A stretch of 64,000 nucleotides of DNA from Eledone cirrhosa (taxonomy: Eukaryota), in NCBI GenBank assembly GCA_964016885.1, contig OZ024740.1:83018001-83082000 (forward strand), written 5' to 3'. How positions within the stretch are numbered: position 1 is the stretch's first letter; the number at the start of each line of letters is the position of its first letter. The translations under genes and the position numbers were made by a program. Shown here one piece after another: positions 13,651 through 25,785 of the stretch. Below the pieces are notes generated by a model. The model made no database searches and was not told where the DNA came from. It was given only the letters and a program-made list of their open reading frames with translations.

Positions 13651-14759
13651 AATTTGCGTGATTTGGAACGTGTCGTTGTACACTAACGCTTAATGCTGCT
13701 GAACCCTGCTATACTATTTCTTTTTATAGGAAATATAATCAATTTGATAAATACTAATATTAGTCGATCTCCAAATTCATTAACTAATCAGATGTTTTTT
13801 AAAAACTAGTAGTCAAAGCAATTAGGTTGTGTTTGTAAACAAAATTGATGTAAGGTTGAAAACATGCCCAATGATATCATCAAAACTAGCACGAAATTTT
13901 CCTGAGGAAATATGGAGATCTGTTCAGATAAATGATTTTGGTTTCATCGTTACACTACCCACTATGTGTAGAAAAACATGATATGATAGCGGTATTAGGT
14001 TTGGCATGAAATGTAACAGTCACTATGCAGTCATGTATCTTTTGAACCGGTATCAAGAATTTGAAAATGCCAGTTCATATAAGAATCCCAAGTCTACGAC
14101 CGTTGATGTTTTCCAAGCAGAGGTGGTGAACTTTTTACAGAAGAGAATAGCTTGTACTACTATACCAAGATGACTTTCTCTCAGTAAATATCTGGGTTGT
14201 TGTACTTGCGGGATAACCATGTATTGAGTGTTCGACAGGTAAGCTGTAAGAAAATTACATAATTTGATTACTTGAGCATATTGTTTTTGTGTTCAGCCAA
14301 AACCCTCCTCGGATGTGTGTGTGTGTGTGTGTAGGGTTGGGGTATAATGTAGTGCCATCAGATAATTCTGCAATGGAATCAACAACATTGATTGATTGAA
14401 TGGAATAGATGGCAGAGTCTTGGCCCTGGTGTGGTTTGTTGAAACTGTCGTGATTTCTAATTGATGGGTGAAATATTGGACCAATGAGGAGCCAATTCCA
14501 CTGTCACCTTGCCTTGTAGGTCACATTAGAGTGAAATCAAGGTGCAGCAATGTACACACATTTTGTCGCTACTAGTCAACTACTGAATAAAAATAGAGTT
14601 CAGTCTGTTGTTTTTCACTTTGTCTTATCTAGCTAACCTGACCCTACAAGGAGTTAAATTCCCGTCAGAATAGCTCTCCAGATAAGTGAAGCAAGCGAGC
14701 TTCTTCACTAGAGGCAACATAGATTTTTTGAAACTTCCTTCCCTAACCTTCTTACACTC

Positions 14760-15330
14760 ATCTTAGGTGTATCTGTTCTCTCTGTATCCGACCTTTCCTG
14801 AAAGAGGACTTCTGCTTGAAACGTTGAAGCCTCCCTCCGCTTCTACCAAGCGGGGACCTAATATGACTATGTAAAATCATCTCCTGTGTTATGTTCGTTT
14901 TATTTTATTCTCCCTATATATATATGGGTGTGTGTGTGCCCGCACACACACACATACACACACACATTATATATATATATATAGTTTAATAAATGCACAG
15001 AGAACAAAAAACAGAGAGGCAGTACAAATGATATTGTTTTTACTTTTACGCTTGAGAAGGGGTGGGGGACGAAGTTTCGGGCATAAGTCCTTTGTCAAGA
15101 GAACAGTGGGTAGGAAGATTGTTCCGAGGGTGTGTGGGGGAGTGGTGGAAATACATTTTTAAAATAGGGGGAGAAAAGGGAGGAAAAACAATTTTTTTAG
15201 AGAGTAAAGGAAATATTTTAAAAGTACAAATAAAAATAAAAATAAAAATAAACAAGCATAAACGAAAGTGAGTGAATAGCTGATATATGGATCTCCTGTG
15301 TTGTGTTCGCTTCATTTTATTCTCTCTCTA
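14760..15330. mobile_element. PLE-like pLTR relics in both orientations
   Basis: HHR-like cores CTGAAAGA...GAAACGTT (+, ~14798) and TTGACAA-aggacttatgccc-GAAA (-, ~15075-15098). The tail ATCTCCTGTGTT(A/G)TGTTCG recurs at 14879 and 15291. Confidence 0.4.
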
Positions 15331-16013
15331 TATATATATATCAGCTATTCACATATATCAGCTATATCCATATATGAGTTATTCACTTACGTTCATGTTT
15401 TCCTTAAATGTATTTTCCAATGCCGGAATATTTCAATATATCTAAACATTCATAGTAAACTGTTACCACATCTACAGATAATGTCGTATTTCATCTGTCC
15501 TTACCTATACGTATTTCAACGATGGATACGACTACTGCTTGAGTGATTTGCTCTATCTATTTTTCGTATGTAGATCAACATAATATTCATGAAATGTGTA
15601 CGAAATACTGCGAATCAAAGCACTTATTAATATTTGAAGTTCAGTTTTTCGTAGTAAAATTATATATATTGGATCAATATATATCATCAATAATGTAATT
15701 TAATGTATCCGATGTTGTCTGTAATATCAATATTAGAATACAAATATATAGAGATTACATGTTCAAGTAGTCACTTATTATTTTGAGGCATCACATATAA
15801 CGCATTCTGTGAAGAATTTTTCGTGTTACGAGAATCTAATATGTGTTAAAAAATGTTCAAAGATTAGAAACAGATTAAACAAATATCTGACGAAGCTTAG
15901 TATGACGAATATTGATAGATTCAACCTAGATCTACAGACACATCGTGTATATGAATGTTTATAAATCATGTCAATATCTATTTATTTGCCATTCAATCTC
16001 TCTCCCTCCCTCC

Positions 16014-16119
<106 letters not shown>

Positions 16120-16267
16120 CACCCGTTTTACTTGTGTTGTGTTGAAGGAAATAACTTTGTGTATACTCTGGGAATGTATCTTACATTGCCCATGTAGTGC
16201 GCTGAGATACAACCGGTACTGCCATTGACAAATATGCTGGGTCCGTCAGCCCTTATTATTATTATTA

Positions 16268-16460
16268 GTGGATTGGCTGTATCGGTAGAGGGTCGGACGC
16301 CATGCTTTGACGCATAGAGTTACGGCCCCTGCCATTCTGAGTTCAAATCCCGCCGAGGTTAACTTTGCCTTTCATCCTTACGGGGTCGATAAAATAAAGT
16401 ACCAGTAATGAACAACTGGGTAATTTCTGGCCTTGTGCCAAAAGTAGAAACAATTATTAT
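16268..16460 (+). mobile_element. tRNA-derived CORE-type SINE
   Basis: A/B boxes, core and (ATT)n tail, inserted in an (ATT)n tract. Confidence 0.85.
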
Positions 16461-16544
16461 TATTATTATATATATATATATTAGAAAGTGAGGTTTTTTT
16501 TACAAAATGAAAAATAACCGAGGTGTCCTACACGAGTGAAAGTA

Positions 16545-16768
16545 TAAAGAAAAAAAGATGAAATCGAAAATGCAACTGGGGTCTTAATTTTTAAAAAATT
16601 ATATATATTTATTTTGTTCCTTTACCGGTTTTGCTGTTCTTATGCTTTTCAAAAGTAGAGTTGAAAAGCAGAAGAACTGCGAAACCGGTAAAGGAACCAA
16701 ATATATATATATAATTTTTTTTAAAATAAGACTCCAGTTGTATTTTCGATTTCATCTTTTTTTCTATA
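16545..16768. repeat. Foldback hairpin with HHR-like core (U3-A8 type)
   Basis: Arms ~105 bp, centre ~16655. TTGAAAA-GCAGaagaaCTGC-GAAA-CCGG-TA-AAGG at 16661-16694; a partial sister copy lies at 20955-21005. Confidence 0.8.
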
Positions 16769-17100
16769 TATATATATATATATATACTAGCAGCCTAGTC
16801 CGGCGTTGCTCGGGTTTGTTCATTTGCTATGAAAAGTTACATACAGGTAAACGTGGTTTGAAAGCGAATAAGCTTATCAATTAAGTGCATAAAGCAGTTG
16901 AACCGGTTATTGAAAGTTACGAACCAATTAGCATTTTGGTAAATCAATGATGGGTTAATAATATTCCAATAGCGAATTTAGTAGACCAAAGTTGCAAGAT
17001 GGTGGCCCTGATGCCGCTGGGTGTCAGATCTGTCCGCCATGGGATACCCTACCAGGAAATAGTGTTCCAGACGGCATTGCTCCAACACCTGCACCAACAT

Positions 17101-18390
17101 CTATAGCACCTCTTTGTAGACGATATTGCGTGTCATCCCTTGAGGAGAGTAAGCAAAAAGTCTATTCCTTCTCCCTGCGCGGGTACAGGCAACATAAAGT
17201 TGGCCATGGGAGAAGCATGGCTGCCCCAAATGGATGCCCGCCACCGACAATGTTTGCCCTTGTGACTTGTTAATGGACATGGCAAAACATGGTTTCACCG
17301 GGAATTGGGATCGCCGGAAATCGAACGGGATATCTGACGCCGAGGGGAAAAGGTTCATCCTTGGAATGAAAACATTCTCCCCTCTTCCGCACCCCGTTAC
17401 AATGGTGGCCTCAATCAAGTGGGTGTGAGTGATTTGACGACCATGCGAGTACCGTTGCACTGTTTGGTGGACGCAAGTTCCTTATTAGCATAATGGGACA
17501 GCCAACCCTAAGCTTAATAATGTGAGATGGGAGCCCTGGGGGCTCAAGGAGATTTAATAACTCAACCGGATAATTAACGATATCGTCGGGGTGTGATTTG
17601 AAGATGTGCTCTTTACCGGGAATCTTCTCAATCAGCTGCTCGTTAATAAAATTAACCATGGTATTTTTCTGAGCAAGGATGGCTCTTTCGCTGAGCCAAT
17701 CGAGGTTTATAAAGTTAGATGAGACATTAGGAAAAACTGCTTCCCAAAGGTCAGAAGGGCTGCTCACAATGTTGCACAGGGGGTTGATTGCTATGACGCC
17801 CTTGTCATCCGCAAAGATCTTGCCCTCACCAAGTGCTACAATGTTCTGTGCTGCAGACATGTTGTCACCATGCAAATGATCACGCATATTTGTGCTCAGG
17901 TACAAACTATTCACCTGTAGCCACAACATGGATGACTTAAGACAGGCACGCACTTCATCAGTTCTTGTCCATTTCGGGATGACAGGCAGCGTTTTCCGAA
18001 AATCCCCTGATAGCAGAAGGGTTACGCCACCCATAGGAGCCGTAGAATCCCTAATGTCTTTCCGGGCATTGTCCAATGCCTCAATGGCCCCCTTGTGTGC
18101 CATTGTGCACTCATCCCAAACAATGAGGCAACATATTTTGAGAACCAGAGCTTTGTGTGAACTCTTGCTGATATTGCATGTTGGTGTCTCAGTTTTTACT
18201 AAATCCAAAGGGAGTTTAAAGGTTGAATGTGCTGCCCTGCCTCGCGGCAGCAAAGTAGCTGCGATCCCCGACGATGCAACGGACAACGCAACTTTTTTCT
18301 CCTGACGAATGTTAGCGAGAATCAAATTCGTGACAAAAGTTTTTCCGGTACACCCAGGAGCGTTTTTTTATTGAGGGGATCAGGCTTTTT
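17101..18390 (-). pseudogene. Helitron Pif1-like SF1 helicase (frameshifted)
   Basis: APGCTGKTF Walker A, ASSGIAATLL, IVWDECTM, LLSGDF, FAMSINKSQGQTL, FSHGQLYVA. Confidence 0.93.
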
Positions 18391-19125
18391 TTTATTTGCC
18401 CTTGAGGTATAACCAGTCAGTAGTTCCTTCAAAGGCTCTGGCGGTTCCGTAAGAGGGGGCAAGGTGACCTTACCGTTTAAGCAGCACATTGCAGGTGGCT
18501 CCCCAGCCCACTTTGTAGCATTGCAGAATTGGCAATTGAAGCGCATCTCGCCTATATTTATGTCAGAGCGCATCGAGTAATTAACGTTTTGCTCATACTT
18601 GAAAGCCCGAAGGTGCCAGTAAGGGCTGTTGGGGCTAGTCACACCGCGTGCAGCTTCTCGCCGTCGACTGTTACGCTTGAACCTAGAACATTGGTCGTGT
18701 GGTTGATGGGTAGGTCTGGCAGCAATAGCAGAAGCAACATTTGCAATGCTAATGGACCGCCCGTCTGCATCTTCAGAAGCCATGGAAGTAGTCATAGCCA
18801 CAGCGTTCGTAGGAAGGCGAGCCGTCCGTTGTTTTAAACGTTCCAAAGACCTGGAAGCAGCATTAGTCGCATCGTTTCTAGCAAGGCGCTTCGACCTTTG
18901 TTCACGGCTCTCTGAAGCCCTTGAAGAAGCCTGGTATGAAGCCATTTTGGCTAGGCGTGCGGTGCGCTGTTGGAAACTTTCAGCGGCTCGACATTCTGCT
19001 GAACGTAAGGCTGTCTGTGAAAGTCTTGAAGCATTTTCCTCAGAGGACTCGTTTGCTATAGTAGCCTTTTGCGCCACTGGTGACGCGGTATGTCTACTGA
19101 GGCGACTTCTCTTTTTAGGTGGCAT
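18322..19125 (-). pseudogene. Helitron RepHel N-terminal region (repeats + Zn finger)
   Basis: MPPKKRS..., ES..QR..RL repeats, IGEMRFNCQFCNATKWAGEPPAMCCLNGKVTLPPL. Confidence 0.88.
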
Positions 19126-19134
19126 TTTATGTCC

Positions 19135-19566
19135 AAAAGAAAGTGTGAAAGTTACTTCTACAGAAAAATTTACTTTGAAAGTCTACTGTCTGTTTATGAA
19201 TATTGTTATTGTTGTTGTGATACAAATGTTAGTAAGTAAATGGGTATCTAAAAATAAAGGGTGAAAGTTACTTCAACATAAAAATTGACTTTGAAAGTAT
19301 AAGGCTGATAATTTAATGTAAAAAGATTGATAAGAAAGGCCCCCCAAAAATATTTACAGGTATTTGTATGTATGTGTGTATTTTTATGTCGAAAAGAAAG
19401 GGTTAAAGTTACTTCTACAGAAAAATTTAGTTTGAAAGTGTAAGGCCGATGTGTGTGTAAATTAAGTGACAGGTATTTGTATGTGTGTATATGTAGGTAT
19501 GTGTGTATGAAAGTGTAAGGCCGATGTGTGTGTAAATTAAGTGACATGGATTTGTATATATGTGTG

Positions 19567-19598
<32 letters not shown>

Positions 19599-19845
19599 TG
19601 TATGTATGTATGTATGTATGTATGTATGTATGTATGTATGTATGTATTAAAGGTTGAAAGTTACTTCAACATAAAAATTGACTTTGAAAGTATAAGGCTG
19701 ATAATTGAATGTAAAAAGATTGATAAGAAAGGCCCACAAAAAAACTGTACAGGTCTTTGTATGTATGTGTGTATGTTTACGTCTAAAATAAAGTGTTAAA
19801 GTTACTTATACAGAAAAATATAGTTTGAAAGTGTAAGGCCGATTG
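19135..19845. repeat. Helitron-internal subrepeats plus (GTAT)n
   Basis: AAAGTTACTT...TTTGAAAGT unit occurs 5 times; 19262-19450 is similar to 19654-19842. Confidence 0.8.
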
Positions 19846-20434
19846 AAAAACTTACAGTTTAGTAAATGAAAGTCAGCTTCGAAATTGAGTGTGGACGCGC
19901 TAATACAAACACACACACATATATCCGTCTTTTGGTGTGTCTGTTTATCATTATATCCCTCTTTATCATTATATCTTTATCATTATATGCTATTGTTATT
20001 TCTAAAACAAACTGTGTATGCGTTGATTGATTGAAATTCCCGCGTTCCTGTTTCTATGACGTCAATCGTAACCATACCAACATATATGTGTGTGTATGCA
20101 CCCACATATATGTGTGTATATATTTTTTTCAATGTTTGTCTTTTTCACAAACACTTATTAAAGAAGGTAGCAATTTTAAGGGGAGGTGATGAAGGGAGTA
20201 GATATAGGAAACGTATATCATAATGAGAGAGGAGAAATCATCGATTGTTGAAATAAATCGATTTTTCCGTAATTGTGGCATTTTTTTAAAAATAAGTTCG
20301 CCCATGACCCAAGTCAGAATATTTGTAAACATTCTGCTTAATTAATCATTCAATATTTTTGGAATTGTGTAAATGTATAAAATTGAAACATACATACAGA
20401 CACAAAAATCTTCCTTTTATAGATAATGATATAC

Positions 20435-20722
20435 AATGATATTAAATAAATGGAAACTATATTTATAAAACCATATTTATGTTATTATATATATTTCAAG
20501 GGTAACCAACACAACATTGGTACGCATTCACAGATAAAATACAAAGTTTGTTTTATACCTGTGAAAATCATAACTTATCGGTTGGAAATTCACTGATAGA
20601 TAAAACAAACTTTGTATTTTATCTGATGAAAGCGAACCAATGTTGTCTTGGTTAACCTTGAAATATATATAATAAAGTAAATATGGTTTTATAAATATAG
20701 TTTCCATTTATTTAATATCATT
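20435..20722. mobile_element. Non-autonomous foldback of Naiad-type pLTR
   Basis: Inverted arms AATGATATTAAATAAATGGAAACTAT...ATAGTTTCCATTTATTTAATATCATT. Confidence 0.8.
20611..20681 (+). ncRNA. Type I hammerhead ribozyme
   Basis: TTTGTATTTTAT-CTGATGA-aagcgAACCAAtgttgtcTTGGTTaacctt-GAAA-TATATATA-ATAAAGTAAA. Confidence 0.72.
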
Positions 20723-20832
20723 GACTATCTACTCTAGTAACTTGTTCAGTGCTCTAAATCAGTTATAAACATTTATGTGTGTCGGACTTCCAACACATAA
20801 ATACCACTTCTACTTATATATATATATATTGA

Positions 20833-20954
<122 letters not shown>

Positions 20955-21105
20955 TTTTTTAAAATAACACTCCAGTTGCATTTTCGATTTCATCTTTTTT
21001 TTCTATATATATGCTTTTATAAAGGTAGGTTCCAGTTATTATTATTATTGATATATATATATATATATCAATAATAATAATAAATCGAACCTACCTTCAT
21101 AAAAG

Positions 21106-21178
21106 CATATTTATTTTATTATATATATTTCAAGGTTACCAACATTTTGCTACGCCCTCGTCAGATAAAATTCAAATG
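21106..21178 (-). ncRNA. Type I hammerhead ribozyme in inverted 5' pLTR
   Basis: Minus: CATTTGAATTTTAT-CTGACGA-gggcgtagcaaaatgttggtaacctt-GAAA-TATATATA-ATAAAATAAATATG. Confidence 0.7.
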
Positions 21179-21230
21179 TTGGTTTACAGATAGTGACATA
21201 TTCAGACAAGAACTACATCTCTCTCTCTCT

Positions 21231-21274
<44 letters not shown>

Positions 21275-21286
21275 CCGAAGATCAAT

Positions 21287-22960
21287 ATGAAGGATCACAA
21301 GAGGAATTTTGAAAATGACCTGCCAGTTAGATTGATCGCACCATCAAAATCGGACCTGGGCAAATTAAGCAAAAACATTCTTGACAGGGTGATACAGCAA
21401 ATTAAGAACTTGGATTGTGTATCTAACCTGAGCTTGTGGAAGGGAACTGGAGGGGTTGTTGAGTGGTTTAGGCAAATTAAATATAACAATAATAATAGGT
21501 TTATTCAACTTGATATAGCTAACTATTATTCTTCTATTACCCCTAGTCTACTAAATAAGGCACTAAATTACGCATTCAAACATACTGACCTAACTAGCAA
21601 AGAAATGCATATTATATTATCGGCTAGGAAAACTTTGATAGAATTTAATGACAAATTATGGACCAGAGCAGATACAGATAGCAATTTTGACATAACTATG
21701 GGATCTCCCGACTCAGCTCAGGTAACTGACCTTGTGGGCTTATTTTTAATCAATTCGCTACATAGGAAAATACCTGGTACTACCGGAGGTTTATATAGGG
21801 ATGACATGCTTTTACTTATTAATAATAATAACCCTGAACTAAATAGAAAATGTAAACAAATTACAAAATTTTTTAATTACTTTAACCTTAAAATAGAAAT
21901 TGAGAACAACCATAGAATAGTCAATTTCCTAGATATAACATTAAATCTCAACACATGTCTCCACTATCCTTTTCACAAGTTGAATGAAAAGTTAAACTAT
22001 GTCAACTTTAACTCTAACCACCCCAGATCTGTCAAAAACACTATAGTAAACTCTGTTCAAAAACGTATCTCTAGGATCTCGTCGAATAGAAAGATTTTCG
22101 ACGAAAAGGCCCAATACTATAATGAAGCATTAGCTAGGGCAGGATATGCTGATAAGATTGTGTACATAGATAATGATAGACAAACTAAACAAAGTAACAA
22201 CTTTTTTAATTACGGCAACAACCTTAACAACTATAATAGAAAGCATTACAATAATTCCAAAGGCCAAAAAAGAAATAGAACTAGGAACATAATTTGGTTT
22301 GCCCCCCCCCCCCCTTTCTCACTAAATATTAAAACCCACATCGCTAAATTATTTTTCAAAGCTCTTGATAATCGCTTCCCTAGAACACATAGGTATCACT
22401 CAATTTTCAATAGGCATACAATTAAATTAACCTACTCATCCACCAAAAATTTAGCACAAAATATTAATAGAATAAATAATAGGAACTTAAAACTTAGTGA
22501 TAATAGCATAAATAATATACAAGTTAACAAATGTAACTGTAGAGATAGATCTAAATGTCCGTTAAATAACAACTGCTTAGTTAAAAATATAGTATACAAG
22601 TGTAATGTTAATACTGACTCTAATTCTTTTAACTACGTCGGTTCCACATCGACGGAATTTAAACTTCGCTATAATAACCACAAGAATTCTTTCACAGATC
22701 CAAGTAAAAAATCTTCAACGGCACTATCAGGCGTACTCTGGCAACTTAAGCTAGATAACGTTAGATATTCGACGGCTTGGAATATAGTCTCAAGAGGGAT
22801 TCCTTTTAATTCATCCTCTGAGACATGTGACCTCTGCGCAGAGGAGATATTCTTTATACTAAAATCTAAAAATTCCCTTAATCTACGGACAAATATATTC
22901 AGTTGTTGCAAACATAGATTAAACTCAACGTTTAAATATAAATTTAAATTTAAAATGTAG
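21287..22960 (+). CDS. PLE (Naiad-type) reverse transcriptase + GIY-YIG endonuclease, 557 aa, uninterrupted but N-terminally truncated
   Basis: KDHK..RLI.PSKS, FIQLDIANYYSSI, FDITMGS, LYRDD, NFLDITLNL, SNHP, IIWF.PPFS, CNCR...CPL...CL, IVYKC...YVGST...FKLRYNNH, CDLC, CKH. Confidence 0.92.
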   Translation: MKDHKRNFENDLPVRLIAPSKSDLGKLSKNILDRVIQQIKNLDCVSNLSLWKGTGGVVEWFRQIKYNNNNRFIQLDIANYYSSITPSLLNKALNYAFKHTDLTSKEMHIILSARKTLIEFNDKLWTRADTDSNFDITMGSPDSAQVTDLVGLFLINSLHRKIPGTTGGLYRDDMLLLINNNNPELNRKCKQITKFFNYFNLKIEIENNHRIVNFLDITLNLNTCLHYPFHKLNEKLNYVNFNSNHPRSVKNTIVNSVQKRISRISSNRKIFDEKAQYYNEALARAGYADKIVYIDNDRQTKQSNNFFNYGNNLNNYNRKHYNNSKGQKRNRTRNIIWFAPPPPFSLNIKTHIAKLFFKALDNRFPRTHRYHSIFNRHTIKLTYSSTKNLAQNINRINNRNLKLSDNSINNIQVNKCNCRDRSKCPLNNNCLVKNIVYKCNVNTDSNSFNYVGSTSTEFKLRYNNHKNSFTDPSKKSSTALSGVLWQLKLDNVRYSTAWNIVSRGIPFNSSSETCDLCAEEIFFILKSKNSLNLRTNIFSCCKHRLNSTFKYKFKFKM

Positions 22961-23479
22961 TATATTTAGTTTGATTTATATTTATATGGGAAACTAGCTG
23001 ATAAATGTTTGATTCCTTAAATTTTTGATTCCTTCTTTTTATTCTTTTTTTATTGTTTATTTTTATTTTATTTTTATTTAAACATTCCTCATGAAAAATT
23101 AAGCTACCCTAAAAGCTGATGCTCCAAATATTTTGAATAAACCTTACACTAGATAAACTTCTATATTAAATATAAGAACACATGTAGACCAAATTGGACA
23201 TCATAAACTTTTTGAAATGATCTTTGCTAGATGTGATTTGATAGATAATTTTTGGCTTTGTCTTATAATGAACTTGGCAATATATTGTCAATTAATTTTG
23301 AAGGGTTGATCTTTGTGGTTTATTTTTATTTTTTTTTATTATTGTAGTATTTTATAATATTTTTATTTTTATTTTTAATATCTTTAATATGTAAATTTTT
23401 TAATACGTAATATTTTTTAATATGTAATATTTTTAATATGTAATATTCTTTCGTAATATTTTTTTAGTTTTCTATTTTA

Positions 23480-23668
23480 TGTGGATTGGCAGTATCAGTA
23501 GAGGGTCGGACGCCATGCTTTCCAGCATAGTTACGTCCCTTTACGATCTGAGTTCAAATCCCGCCGAGGTTGACTTTGCCTTTCATCCTTACGGGGTCGA
23601 TAAAATAAAGTACCAGTAATGCACTGGGTAATTGCTGGCCTTGTGCCAAAAGTAGAAACAATTATTAT
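23480..23668 (+). mobile_element. tRNA-derived CORE-type SINE
   Basis: Near-consensus full copy. Confidence 0.87.
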
Positions 23669-24540
23669 TGTTATCTTTTTATTTTTTTAGTTTTGTTTCT
23701 GATATATATTTTTATTAGTATATTGAAATCTGCTCTCTATTTCTGCTTGATAGATAATCTTGTAGAGTAAAGACAGGAATAATAATACACATATATGTAT
23801 ACTCACATTTTTATACCACATTGAGAATGTTTTCCGTGAACTTAGAGTTTGCAGAGTTGATCATGTGGATTCACATGGATGTTTGTAGCTATCACATAAA
23901 CATATGAATTTTTTTAAAAAACTAAACATAAGATAATTAATTTTCACACACTATGGATACTTGTCTCATTCAGGAATACTGATATTTACAATATAGTGGA
24001 AGTTTTATAAATACTAATACATTAAAACATAGGGTTTTTACGCCTCGAATATATCTGGCTATTTTTAAAGTTTTTCTCTCGCTATTTTTTCTCTCTCTAT
24101 ATTTTTTTCTCTCTCTATGTATCTCCCTTACATTAATACTAGAGCTAAATAAATAAATAAATAAATAAATGTATCATTGATACATTTACTCAACTGACCT
24201 CCCACTACCTAATTTTCTATATATATATGTATCTATCTCTATTTCCTCTCTCTCTCTATATATATATCTCTTTCTGTTTCTTTACATGAAGTTCTTCTCT
24301 TTATCTATCTTTCCATCTCTCTATTTTGTTCCATGCATTTCTTCTTTTTTTCTTTCTTTTCTTCGTTTTCTGTCTTTCTTTTTTTTTTTTTCCTCTCTTT
24401 TTTTTTTTTCTCTCTTTTTTCTCTCTTTTTCTCTCTCTTTCTTTCTCTCTGTGTAAAATTTGTTCACTGCCAGTTTAACCTCTTCAAATGCAAGTCGGTA
24501 TTATTACGGTATGTCGAATCTATTTATCTATAAAACTGTT

Positions 24541-24619
24541 CATATTGTATTTTGTCTGAGGAAGGCATAGCATATTGTTAATATGATATCCCCGAAATAT
24601 ATATAATGAAATAAATATG
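24541..24619 (+). ncRNA. Type I hammerhead ribozyme in 3' pLTR
   Basis: CATATTGTATTTTGT-CTGAGGA-stem II-GAAA-TATATATA-ATGAAATAAATATG; stem I arms are complementary. Confidence 0.7.
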
Positions 24620-24705
24620 GTTTTATAAATATAGTTTCCATTTATTTAATATTGTATATATATATATATATATTTATCTATCTCTCTCTCTATATATATA
24701 TATCA

Positions 24706-25090
24706 ATATTTCGTCTTTCCAAAGAAATACAGTTTTAGGAAGCCGTACCTATGCAAATACCGGGGGGCTAACGCCCTCTGGTGATGTCCAGCAGAAGCAA
24801 AGGGAACAGCCGTCTATGTATTTCAGGCTTAACTGACTTTCGTCGAGACGGTCCCTCGCACCGCTTGCGACTGCTGGACTAGTGTCAGCTGAGAATATAT
24901 ACTTTTCTCGTCTGTGTAAATGAGGTGATTAATCTCATTTGCATATGATGCTGCATAAGTTGGCTCAACTTATAATAAAAATGAAATAGGATATCGCTTC
25001 AAGCATGGCTTTATACAATATGTGTAAATATTTCGTATCTCCAAAGAAATACAGTTTTAGGAAGACGTAGCTATGCAAACACCGGGGGGA

Positions 25091-25093
<3 letters not shown>
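24706..25093. repeat. Partial tandem repeat (period ~323 bp)
   Basis: ATATTTCGT...CCAAAGAAATACAGTTTTAGGAAG...ACCGGGGG at 24706-24771 and 25029-25093. Confidence 0.75.
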
Positions 25094-25459
<366 letters not shown>

Positions 25460-25647
25460 ACTGATAGACATTATGGATACAGCTCTCTTATCGATCTGCT
25501 CCACAGACAGGCGATCCAACGAAAATATATTCATCGTTAAAACTTAACCTCTGCCTGTGCATCCAATGCTCATGTTGCTGTATATGGTTTCTATATGCTG
25601 CAGAATTGACTTCGATTCTTTTACAGACACACATCCACACACAAACG

Positions 25648-25691
<44 letters not shown>

Positions 25692-25746
25692 CACGCACAC
25701 ACACACACACACATACACACATGCACATACACACACACGTACACAT

Positions 25747-25784
<38 letters not shown>

Positions 25785-25785
<1 letters not shown>

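Larger units (their letters stand above)
16787..20429 (-). mobile_element. Helitron, internally deleted (Rep domain missing)
   Basis: Minus 3' end CCCGAGCAACGCCGGA hairpin ...CTAG at 16787 and 5' TC at ~20429; encodes an N-terminal Zn region and a Pif1 helicase. Confidence 0.9.
21010..24655 (+). mobile_element. Penelope-like element, Naiad-type, 5'-truncated, with inverted 5' pLTR and 3' pLTR
   Basis: RT+GIY-YIG ORF flanked by same-family HHR termini in opposite orientations; long AT-rich 3' region. That both termini belong to this copy is inferred. Confidence 0.7.

Noticed and set aside
11493-13965. Possible TIR pair TAGGGTGTAAC / GTTACACTA around the RTE relic
   Set aside because: Match too short and no TSD.
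14293-14720. Possible RTE 5'-derived SINE-like repeat
   Set aside because: Only a vague resemblance; boundaries unsupported.
16268-16460. tRNA genes at SINE heads
   Set aside because: A/B boxes are present but there is no cloverleaf, and they are followed by SINE core and tail.
17101-18325. Host PIF1 helicase gene
   Set aside because: Intronless, frameshifted and enclosed by Helitron termini.
21287-23140. Selenoprotein-type Naiad (UGA codons + SECIS)
   Set aside because: The ORF has no in-frame TGA and all Zn-finger positions are Cys. The ATGA...AAA...TGAT at ~23090-23121 lacks a proper helix II.
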